From assembly GCF_022539665.2 (NCBI RefSeq), contig NC_081331.1:3844001-3908000 (forward strand): 64,000 bases of DNA. Reading direction: 5' to 3'. Below, piece after piece: positions 12,268 to 24,023 of the stretch. The position numbers were made by a program, and so were the translations under genes. The stretch is from Daphnia carinata (lineage: Eukaryota). Under the pieces are notes generated by a model. That model made no database searches. It had not been told where the DNA came from and was given only the letters and a program-made list of their open reading frames with translations. Positions within the stretch are counted from its first letter, which is position 1. The number at the start of each line of letters is the position of its first letter.

Positions 12268-15200
12268 TTAGTCTTCAACAACAATAACAGGTGGAGCCTG
12301 GTAATCGATCGCCGTGTAGAATAAAATGTAGGCAGCTGCAGAACGGACTTCATTGCCACTGATTTCCATTACATCCTGATCGTCAAATTTGAACCACTTA
12401 TTGTACTCGGCATTTTTGCAATATGCGGTATAGTGTCCTGCATCCATGGTTCCATAGTGATTTGATACTGCGTAAAGTTTGAAGCGAGAATAGCGAGGCT
12501 TTTTACTTTTCACCACGACTTCAGGACACTTCACGATGACGTCTAAGTCCAATTCATTCACATTAAAGTCTACCATATTTAACCGTTTTCTCCATAAACC
12601 GTCGTTGTAAAATCTGATTGTGGTCACAAAATTAGAATGAAATGTTTACATGTTAAAGCAAACAACCATTTACCTTTGAAGATGGACGACTAGCACAGGA
12701 GGTAACTTCCATATGTCAATCTTTTTGCTAGCTCCTCGTTTATTTTTACAAAAGGGGCACGACCAACCGCTGATTTGTTCCGGTTTCGTGTACAGTTGAA
12801 AGCAATCCTGTAATGCGGAAATAATGTGTAGTAATTTGAAAATTCGCAAAGACTGAACTGTTTACCATAATGCTGCACTGAGTGTTGGATGGAGGGATGG
12901 GAAGAGACAGGTTGAAAAACGGCTCAAACGTCACGGATTCTTTAAGGCAGGTGGTGCACCGTAAACTAGATCTTTGTTGACCAGCAAACAGAGTGACGAT
13001 GATGGATTTATTTGAAGCAGAATAGTCCTCCCAAGCCATGTTTGCAGCTTTCTCATCAGGAATACCATAGTTGTTTTGTTCTTTTAACGGCCTTTTCACG
13101 CGAATCTGAAACGACCAAGGAACGGTTGTCTCTCAACCGTTTTGAGTCATTACACAAGTGTGCATAATTAAAACCTCGTTCAACTCTTCGTGCAACCAGT
13201 CCACAAGAATTGTAAGAAACTCGTGCGAGTCTTGCTGTTCATAACCGCGGAAAGATGATTTGAAACGCCCGACTGCATTCTTATCACGCAAATAGGTGCT
13301 TAGTACAAGGCAACCATCAAGAATAGTTAAGAAAATTTATTCCGTCTTACTTTCAGGTCTTTGCATGAGATTGAGCGATACTGGCCACTCCAAAGAGCAT
13401 TCAAAGTAGAAGAAACTTCATCTGAAATTTCACCTCGAGTTTGTTTATTGCTTGCGTTGAGATAATTCCTACAAAAAGAGATTTTAAACTTAATGCGATC
13501 AGGTCATATAAAAGTGACTTACCTATAAGACCCATCGATAAAGAAATTTGTCAGAAGCATACTATTCGAAATGCATTGTAGAATGGAGTTCATGTAACAA
13601 GTGTTGCCCAAATTTTTTAATCCGGTCAGACCACGACCCTACCAGCCCATATACCAATCAATCAATGATATTTTTTGCTACAAGAATTTGTTAGTTTAGT
13701 TTGGGCATACCATGTTTCCATATACCGGATTAAAATTGCGATTTTTCGACAAATCAGAAGTGCGGATGATGTTTGTTCGATTTGTATCGCGCGGTTTTAG
13801 ATCACGATCAACTTTCGCCACTCTGTTACCCCGCTCAGATTCTTTTTGTAGGGCCTAAAGTTTAAATGTGACAAACGGTCACAAATAAAGACAAAAAAGC
13901 ACGACAAAATATTTAACCCACCTGAGCTAAATCTGGAGTTGAATGAGAACGATTCATTTTCGAACCCAAGCTGAATCCGGAAGACGATTCATCTTTCAAC
14001 CTGTCTATTTGTAAAACATCTTTTCTTGAAAAATTTTGTTGCTGCTGTTCTAATCTAAAACAGAATTACGCAAACTGAACAACATCGTTGGACTAGGTTT
14101 TTTATTTGGGAAGAATACCTTTTTCTTGTTTCTTCTTCGTGTTTGTTCTCGACTTCCCTCTTTTTCTTCATCTCTTCATTTCTTCTAGATTGCTCATCTT
14201 TCAATCTTTGCATTCCTCTTTTATATTCCTCTTCTTTTTCTTGTTCTTCTCTTTCTTTCTCTCGAGCTTTTTCCGCGTTCTTACGTAACTTCCTAAGCCT
14301 CTCAACCTCACGATTCATGGCTGCTTGTTTTACTTCTTTATCATTGATGCGCGCCTGGATATTTGTTTCTTCGGTGTCAGGCTTCGTTTTGTCGTTGGAA
14401 GTATCTGCATAATATCGAATAGTTTCCACCTCTTTCCGCAGACGTGCAATTTCTAACTCCTATTCAATGAAATAATAAGAAAATAATAATTCATTAAGGA
14501 ACGTTGAAAATTAACTAGTTGAAAAAAAAACCTGTTGTTTGTTATCGTTTTCCATTTTTTTGAGTAACTCAACCATTTCTATCTCGCGTTCTTGAAGGTG
14601 ATTGGCGATTTCGTCATTTGCTGAAGCTTCTTTTTCCCTTCTTATCCTATCCCATTCTTCCTCTTTCGCCAATCTATCCGCTGTTATTGCTAGGTGTTTT
14701 TCAACCAACTTCTCCTCGTCTTGAAGGTACTTTACCATAGCTTCCGTCTTCAAGTTTCGGTCAATTTTTGGGACTGAACCCATCCGATTAACAGACGGTG
14801 GACCAGTTACGAACTCTACTTCGATATCTTGGTCATCAGGTGGTGTTTTAGGAATGTTTGATCTCGGAAGAGGCACCGGTTGAATGGACGGCTCAACTGA
14901 TATTTTGTCGATTTTCTTGACTTCTATTGCAGGTTTAGTTGTTCGATTTATGAACGGCAGGGGGGAAGCAATTGGTTCAATCGATGGTGGTTTCATAGCT
15001 TCATCAAAATCAGGATATTCGATATTTTCGACTGAGCACATTAAAGAATAACATTAAATTTAATTCGATAGAGATGAAGTTTTTAATACACACGTATTAC
15101 CAGGGCTGATATCTTCCACCTTTGAAGGTTTCGCAACTGCGGTAGCATGGGGATTCGTTGTTTGCATTGGGAATCTAAATAACCACTCATCATAGCCTTT

Positions 15201-16231
15201 GCTTAGCAGCTTGATAACTCCTTTATACTTTGAGCTGGGATCCCACTATTAGTTGAAACCATTATTAGGCCACAAATTAAATGATTTTTTTTTTTTAGTT
15301 TTACACTAAATATTTTCCCTTTTCCCTCTCACTACCTTCGTTAAGATCTCTGCAAGTGCAAAAATTGCAGATCCTGGAAGATTTTCTCCAAACCAATCTA
15401 CCAAAACTATCACATCTGCAGTTAAACGTTTTGGCCAATCCACCTTGGCTTCTAGCGGCAAAGTTTTGTACAAAGCAGCAGCAGACAACCTAATTGAAAT
15501 TAAGAAGTTAGGTAATCTTCATTCAGTACTACCTGAATTTAGTTACCCTGGTTTCAGTTTATCCTCTGGAATGCTGACACAGTTTGGATGTTTTATGTGA
15601 GAATTTTCAAAGTCCTCTTTGGATCGAACATCAAAGATGATAAAAGATGTGGATTTCTGTTTTATCATGGCTTCCAATTGCCAAGATGATATAAACCCAC
15701 CATCAATGGATGGAAAGTTTGTGGAGTACAATTCAATATTGGTTGCTTTTTCTTTTATTTGCTTTTCTTTGTCTTCCTTGTCTTGCTTCTCCTTTCTTTC
15801 AAGCTTTTCCAATTTCTCTCTGATGAGTGCTTCTTCAGCTCTGTCATCATATCTTCTTTGAAGGTCTTTTTGAAGATTTTCTGCATTCTCTATTGCATTT
15901 CTCACATTTTTGGGTCCAAGTAAATTATTGTAGTACTTTTCATCTTTCTTGTAGTCTGCACTTTTTCTTATGGTGTTGACAAGGTTCAAATATTTCATAA
16001 AACTAACATAGCTCAACTCTGCATCTCCTTTATCCCGTAGCTCAACAGCTTGATTATATAGTTTGACAGCTGTTCCAACAAGCCTGACAAACCATAAAAA
16101 TATTACAAAATTAGCAAAATTTCAAGAGCTATGTAGTCTTACAATCGCGGGTTGGCTAATTTCAACTTCTCCGATGGTAACTCTGCTTGAAGGTTAAGTT
16201 GGTCAACTGATTCTCCAAGATACAATTCCAT
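12268..16231 (-). CDS. USP8: Ubiquitin carboxyl-terminal hydrolase 8 (MIT, rhodanese, coiled coil, USP domain), multi-exon
   Basis: MELYLGES N-terminus, [11 protein letters not shown] region, rhodanese-like IIFDVRS, RSHSTP 14-3-3-type site (13934-13951), Cys box [27 protein letters not shown], His box [13 protein letters not shown]. Confidence 0.93.
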
Positions 16232-16743
16232 TTTCTGAAAACTCTGTGGCAATAAAACTTTTCACATCTACTTCTTCTATTATGTTTGCCAATAGTAGAA
16301 TCTTATTATTCCCATAACTGGTTTAATTCAACTATGACTAAGAGCCGATATAGAAATTTACGATGTCAGATCATTGCTTCGACAGAGATCTAAATCTTGT
16401 TATGGATGTTAATGAGTAATCGAACGACAGACAGCCCTGCCAAATGGCGCCACTATTAAAAAACATTGACAATTCCCGGCTCCTTCCCAGATCCCCAAAT
16501 TGTATAACTACTATTCATTACTTTTTTACGCTGATTTTGTTAGAATTTTTTTTTAGCTTATTTGGGTTTGACATCGGCAATTTCTTCGTATCGTTTGGAT
16601 TTTTCACATTCAGTTTTCACCAAGGCTGTTTTCAGTTTTCAAATATTAAATGGAAATTTGGCGGTGTTGCAAACAGACTGGTTTACTGTCTGTTGGTATT
16701 TTGCAGCGAAAAAAACTTTTAACATAAGTTTATTGTTTTAAAG
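16232..16743. promoter_or_regulatory. Probable bidirectional promoter for USP8 and SMARCB1
   Basis: Divergent start codons 512 nt apart; YY1-like AAATGGCG at 16442. Confidence 0.55.
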
Positions 16744-18339
16744 ATGTCTTTGAAAACTTACGGGGATCGGCCAATTAGTTTCCAATTGGAAGAAAATGGG
16801 GAATTTTATTGTATAGGATCTGAGGTTTGAAGCAATTATTCTCCTGTTTATTGCCTCAAATTTACATAGTGATCATTTCTTTACGTGGTGCTAGGTCGGA
16901 AACTATCTTAGGTTGTTTCGAGGGTCTCTATACAAAAAATATCCTGGTATGACCAGGCGTCTTATAACATCAGAAGAAAGGAAAAGATTGGGTGATCTAG
17001 GATTGAATCAACATATTTTGGCTTCAAATATTTCACTGCTCCGAGCAACAGAAGTTGAGGATATTATAGAAGGCAGAGAAGAAAAGTACCGTGCTGTTTC
17101 TGTTCAAACTGTTGAACCACTTTTCCCCAAGTAAATAGTAATTATTTATGACCATGTTATTGTATAATTTCCATTGCTGTGTACACTTGCAGAGATCCTA
17201 AAGCTAAAAAACCCATTCCATGGGTCCCGGCTATACCAAATAGTTCTCATTTGGATGCTGTTCCTCAAGCAACATGCATCAACAGAAACAGATTAGGGCC
17301 TAAGAAAGTTCGAACATTTCCACTCTGGTAAGATCTGCCTGTATTCCAAATACTCAATGTTCTCAAAAGCTTTATTTTAAAAATCAATCGCTTGGCTAGT
17401 TTTGATGACACAGATCCAGCTGCAGTCCATGAAAACAGTAACCAACTAGAGCTTTTGGTACCTATTCGGTTAGATATGGAGATTGAAGGGCAAAAGTTAA
17501 GAGATACATTTACATGGAACAGAAATGGTAACTTAGCTTTACTTCTTTGATTTTATAATACTATTTTTGTTTAAGTTGAACGTCTTTTTAAACAGAGACA
17601 TTAATTACTCCGGAACAATTCGCTGAAGTTCTCTGTGATGACCTAGATTTAAACCCCATAACTTTCGTTCCAGCAATTGCTCAATGTATACGACAACAGC
17701 TTGACTCGTTCCCCGCAGAAGGTGAAGCTCTTATAGAAGGCCAAACTGACCAACGAGTGATTATTAAGGTAAGTAACTTTCAGTTATACGTTATACCATA
17801 CAGGCCCAAAAGAAAAGTAATCTATGTAATTGCAGCTGAATATTCATGTTGGTAACATTTCCTTGGTTGATCAACTTGAATGGGATCTTAGTGAACCCAA
17901 CAATAGCCCAGAGCAAGTAGCTTTAAAGATCTGTGCGGAACTAGGTCTTGGCGGTGAATTTGTAACAGCCATTGCATACAGTGTCCGCGGACAGCTTTCT
18001 TGGCATCAAAGAACATACGCTTTCAGGTTTTTAACCTTTTTTTTATTGTACAAACCATCGTTTTTCTTTTTACAAAAACCAATTCTTGTGATTATACTAA
18101 CAGTGAAGCTCCGCTTTCTTCCGTGGAATTGCCATTCCGCCCCCAAGCCGAAGCAGAACAATGGTCTCCATTCATCGAAACACTTACAGATGCTGAAATG
18201 GAGAAGAAAATTCGCGACCAAGATCGTAATACAAGGTATACGACAAGAAAATATATATTCGTAGATATATGTCTAATTTTCTTTATTCTTGTGTGTGTGC
18301 AGGCGAATGCGACGCTTGGCCAACGCTACCCCTTGGTAG
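16744..18339 (+). CDS. SMARCB1: SWI/SNF subunit SNF5/INI1 (Snr1), 8 exons
   Basis: [95 protein letters not shown]; all splice phases consistent. Confidence 0.95.
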
Positions 18340-18405
18340 AAACTTGATGTACGGTTTTTCTCTCAATCTCGTAATTTCGAACGTAACACGTTTGGTTTTT
18401 GTCGT

Positions 18406-19750
18406 TCATAATAAAAGTGGAGTTTCTTCCTGTGGTTCTGTTTTTCGTATTTGCACTGAAGCAAGCCATCCTCGAAGTTGGGATTTTGGTTGTCGACGTT
18501 TTGGTATCCGATAAAGCATTATGTTGAAGACACCTTGGAGCGGGTTCAACAGAGCCTGTTTTCAAACAAAGGAATGGTTTCTTCTTCTTGCTCGTAATTA
18601 GGATTGCAAACTGATAATCTCACCATCAGATACCAGTTCGCTAGCACCCAGGTCACCGGCAAATTGTACCAGGAAATCCAAAGTACAAGACCATTTACTA
18701 TGTTAGGCATCCAGCAGAGGTAGAATACGGAGACTATCAAGATGAATTTTAGCTTGAGTGACTCCACAAGACGCCGCTCTGTAGTTGTGTATCTTGCATA
18801 GCGTCGAGTTAGCGAAATTTCAGCTTGGCGAAAAGCTGACATAAAAAGAAAGGGGCACGCTAGACAAGTGCACACGAGTGGCAAATACGTTGCCACGTGA
18901 TTTGGCAGTAACTTCACGAAAGTATCGTAGCTTGAATATGTCAAACAAGGATGAAAACATTTCAGTTTCTGCTGTGATTTTCAATGTTGGAATATACGTT
19001 ACCCATTTCCGGGAAAGTAAAGCATTGTTAAGCCTACAGTGCACAGAATAATCGCGCCACCCCATGCAAAAAAGTGGTAAACTAGGGCTGCGAATGGTTG
19101 ATCAAATGTTATGCGTCGAACATCAACCGCATAAACCAAGGTCCACAGATGGGAGCTCGTGTACGAAAATTGAATCCAGCCCTTTCAAATTAAAATCTTA
19201 AACTAGTGTCGCGTAGAAAAGTAGCAGGAATTAGAACTTGCTGAAATAATGGCACAAAACGTCGGATTCATGGGAGAAAACTTCGCGTGCGAAAACCAGT
19301 CTTGTGAAAGAAACCAGCCTGTTGATCTAATAATTAATCCTAATCACAAAACAGCTTAAACTCATGTTACTCAGTTAACTGAAACAGAAAATTTGTTATT
19401 CTTCTTACCAAATGCTGCGAATGTATCAGCTAGAGCAAGCCAAAATAAAATATTATTTCCTCGCAAACCCACGTTGAAGTATTGATAACGGGGAAACGGT
19501 GCTGCATAACGGAGATTTAGCTAATCGGAGATAAGCGTTAAAAAAAATTAAACTCTTAAGAATGAACACCAAGGCTATTGTTGTTTGGAACACAAACCTG
19601 GTACACAGAACCCAGAAATCCCACGATTGCGGACGCTAGACTTAATCCATAGTAGGGTGACTGATGCAGCTCTAGCAACTGATACTGCTGTGAACGATTG
19701 CTTGTGGTTAAACAACACAATGACTGCAAAGATGGATCCGCCATTACCAT
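18406..19750 (-). CDS. GPR143: G-protein coupled receptor 143 (OA1)-like; start at 19744 or 19750; contains one GC-AG intron
   Basis: MADPSLQSLCC N-terminus, LALADTFAAFG, WIQFSY..YAVD, YTTTERR, FYLCWMPNIVNG, ALLNPLQG; C-terminal EETPLLL. Confidence 0.85.
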
Positions 19751-20160
19751 CCACAGCTCCTTTCCCTACAGTAACTTCACACACAGTGCACTCTTGTCGG
19801 AGAATAAGTTCAACCGAAGAAGGCGGAAAGAAGACGAAACGTGAAGCCATAGAATGACTGACGCTAGCTTTTAAAGCCCTTGAAGTGCCTAGAAATGAAA
19901 CGTTATGTGGGCTGTGTATCTGCAAAACAACATGGCGTTACGGAGATAAAAAAAAATCGCCGTGAAGTATTTATTTTCCGAAGAAATCGCAAAAAATGGA
20001 GATGGAAAAGCCCGTATTCTTTTCAGTCGTCTTCGAGAGCTTATGTACAAATGGCAGAAAGCTAAACAATACTATAACCATTACCAAAACCCAGTGATAC
20101 CCCTCCCGAAGATGTTCCATAGTGGTATTTGAGCAGAGTTCCCGACTAATTTGGATTGAA

Positions 20161-21685
20161 TTACCCTTGGAATAGATGGACTACTTCAAAGCCCACTTCA
20201 ACCGTAATGAGAGCAATAATCATCCATTCAAGTCGAGTATGATGGGCGTCGGTTAACTGGCGAGATAGTAATTCAACGAGCTCGACACAGTGGTTCAATT
20301 TTTCATTCATCACCTAAAAACAACAATTATTTCATGAAAGAGTGCTTTATTTAATATATCTAATACCTTGGTTCTTTTCGAAATATTTAAATGATTGCAA
20401 GTTTTATGATAAAGGGTTTCCAAGTTTTCTCGATCCCAATAAAAATCAGGTGTATCTAGCAAATCGGAACTGAGGTTTATCAAGTGCCTCAATGAGAATA
20501 GTTCTCCTTGTTTCTTCAATACGTCGGAACGTGATAGTTGGATCCTTCCAACTTCTTTCAAATCCTAAAAAAAAAAGAGTGAAATAATAATAACACTTGC
20601 ATATTCGAACAGACAAGAAAGAAGCAATGTTTTTTTCGTCATACTCCGAATTCATACCTCAACTACAAACTCAATAGAGTCGACGTACTTTTCCAAAGAA
20701 GCTTCCCAGGTCGCTAGCTTTACTGAAAGAGCCAAGGCATTTGAAAAGGTATATTTTTCCAAATCAGTGGAACCCTCATCGTTTAACAGGATACGGCCAT
20801 TCATTAGGCGAGTTTTGTTACTAGAAATAAAGATGATTTTTAAAACATAGTATAAACAGATTGCTATTTTTCTCTACTTACAAGACTTCTGTGTACGCAT
20901 AAACCATTTTTTCGTTTCCTTCGGCAACGATATCTTTGTCATAGCTTTCGTCTTCATAGATTTGAAGAAATAACAAGACATTTTTGCGTTCTAGTTCTGA
21001 AACATTCCAAAATACCACAGAACCTTCGCGAAAAAAGTAGATTTCCCTATGAAAACGAAAATATTACCAGTTGGCTGCTGTATATATTTTATAAATGTTT
21101 TTACCTAGGTTCCCGATCCACTTGGTAGCGTGCAGAAACATGTAAGACATCATGGATATCTATTGTATAAAAAAAAACAAATATATTTTGTGATGGGAGA
21201 ATCCATTGTTTAAAATGTTTCAAGAGAAAAATTTAAAAACCTTCTGACATTGAGGAAGGATGATAAAGTCCTTGTTGCTGGAGCCCTTGCATAAGTTTCT
21301 TCAGATCATATTCTTCAGCGGTACTGTAGGCAACTACCTCCCATTGCTAAATATCATCAAAAATATTATGGAAACCATGTGTATGTTTCAATGCAATATA
21401 TACCGGGCTGCTAGATGGTTGCTGTTCATCTTCAATTACAGTTCTCCTTTTGCGGTCTGATTTTCTTTTTGTTGAAGAAGGCTTTGGTTTTTGTTCGCGG
21501 TTTTCTTGACATCCAAATGACGATATGCTGAAGTATTTGGTGCACGGTGAAACTTTCCTGGGCAACGAAGAGCTGATGCACGAATGTTTTAGCCAAATTT
21601 GTTGGGGTCGAACAGAAACAAACCGCGTAACATTTCTTACAGTAGGTAAGATAACACGCGAAATTCCTAATTGTAAAGACAACAT
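20161..21685 (-). CDS. RMND1: Required for meiotic nuclear division protein 1 homolog (DUF155), mitochondrial
   Basis: Arg/Ser-rich presequence, [76 protein letters not shown]. Confidence 0.92.
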
Positions 21686-23100
21686 TTCAAACAGTCTGTT
21701 AGACTTTCTTAAAATATGGTTTCTTGTGAAATTTCAACGACAGCATGCATTGGGCACATGTGCTCGTTGATAAAAAAAAAGAAAGAAAACATCATATCAT
21801 TTGGATTTTGCTGTTGCCAGACTACAATTAATGGGAGAAGCGGCCTTCAACAGACCTGTTCGACTTGTTCCCATTTCGAACACGTGTTTCTATATACGTC
21901 GTAAATTTCTATGCTTCTGAAATTCATGGTCAAGAAATTTTGGTATAGCAAGGGGCGAATTCTTCTATTGCCAAGTTTTAATTCTAAATGATCATGATTT
22001 GGCGTACTAGATAAAAGTGGTAACCACACGATATCGCAAACGACATTTAACGTTACAAGATTTGCTCCGTATTTCATTTGAGCAAGACGCAATAATAACC
22101 ATACCGTAGAGAAATGGATAGGATAATTTAGGATGGGAATATGATAATTTTCGTGGAAGATACTTGAATTCCTCAGTAGACCAAAGGAACAAAGAACAAA
22201 GGGGACGTTGCCGCAATTAAAGAAGAATTCTTTTCGCGAAGTTAAAAATCAAAAGCTGTCTGCCTTTATTTAACTAATTAACTGATAACTTCCAAACTAA
22301 TCGATACAGATTGCAATGCTTAATTTGCTACATCACGCAAACTTATTTGTAAATTTAATTTCTTCGTCTAAATACATTAGTTCTTTGAAAGAGATAATTA
22401 AAGTGGGCGATTTTCTCGCCGGAAGGTGAAATAAAGATCCAAAAAAGGAAAAACTTTGAAATCGCCATCTACAGGCAATCTGCTATATTTATTACGTCAA
22501 ACTAAGCCCGTACGTTCTCTGAGGCATTTGGCGTTGTCTACAGACAGCTGAAGCATAGCACGTGATTTCGCTCGTCCTTTGTCACTTTAAACCCATTGAA
22601 AATGATGAAAGTTGGACCTGAAAGCCCCGTAAAGGGTTCTAAATTCGAATTCAAAGTAAGTAATTTTAAATCTTTCTGTATGTAAAAATCAAATAGTGTA
22701 TAGTCTGTCTGCCTTGTGTGAGAAAGAGACGGGATTCTGAATCGTACGTTATCCGGTTCTCGCCAGGTCCCGGTTACGTCACGATTTTTAATGTCGCAAC
22801 AATTCCGTTATCGTTATTGATCAGTCTACTGTTGAATTTTCAAATGCGTTGCTTGTTTTAGAGTTTTTTAGTCTTAATTTTTCATAAAAATGGCCACCAT
22901 ATCTGTAAAGTAGGTGAGGAGGAAGTGAAAGGTGCCAGAGCTACCTTCGTTGCATTTACCACTTAAAACACAATTTTGCCTTGAACTTCCGTGAAACTTC
23001 ACTAGCAACCCCAAGTTAACAATTTAAAGTTGTAAATATTCAACAACGATTTAAAAAAAAAAATATTCTATTGGCTTAAAGGGCGCATGTAATGGTTCCA

Positions 23101-23117
23101 CACGTGAACACCTCGTG
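23101..23117 (+). promoter_or_regulatory. Carbohydrate response element (ChoRE)-like site in the pyruvate kinase 5' region
   Basis: CACGTG-aacac-CTCGTG fits CAYGNG-N5-CNCRTG exactly. Confidence 0.6.
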
Positions 23118-24023
23118 AAGTTTTGAACTTTCGCGCCCTTGCGTCTTAATGGTGGGCATAAGATAAAGCACGAATAGGTAATGTAATATGCTGGCAATAT
23201 TAAAAGATGTATAGGAATTTCAAGAACGTAATCTGGTTCTACGATTCAGTTTAAATCAGCTAGTCAAGTTGTATTGTTTAGAATATGCTACTAAATGAAC
23301 TTCAAAACTTTTGATGACATTGATTTTGTAGAGGTTACCAGGAGAATTAGAGGAGAATTCTTTCGCACGATGGATCTAGGCTGCGCATGCTCTTATGATT
23401 GATCACGTGATCATGCAACTGAAAGTATAAATGGATCGGGAGTAACGACACCGTGAGTCGACTTTCTCGTGCAAGACAGTTCTTGGCAGCCATTGACAGT
23501 ACAATATCTTTGCTCTTTTGTACAACCCGGTACAACGTACACATCTCTAAGGTAGTCAAATCTTGTTTTCGTTTTAAAAATGTTGGTTAACATTGCAAAA
23601 ACCAGTAACCGTAAATCAAGAACATAATTTTTCTGTTATCGATTTGAACGTTATTGATCGTTGTTTACCGGCAAAATCCCGAACGGTCATGTCAGCCCAA
23701 ACCAAGGTCACCCTGAATAGTCCTTGCGCTGGGTTCTAAAAGTAATTTTGGAACATGGGAAAAACTGGCCGAATTCGATGCCGTTCCATGTCCAATTTGC
23801 ATTTTAGAATCCTCTGGAACGGCATACTGAAAATTTTGTGTCACGAGTCTAGTCGTTATCCTGTGGGGAAAGACTATGTTTGCTGATGCGATTCCGTTAT
23901 TCAGACTTGAGAGCCTGCTGGACCGCCGTCGTCCTATCGAGAAACAAACTCTCCTGTCCGGCCCGAGCAGTTGTGGTGAATTTACCTCTTTCTTGCGTAG
24001 CAACGACAAGGAATACATACACA

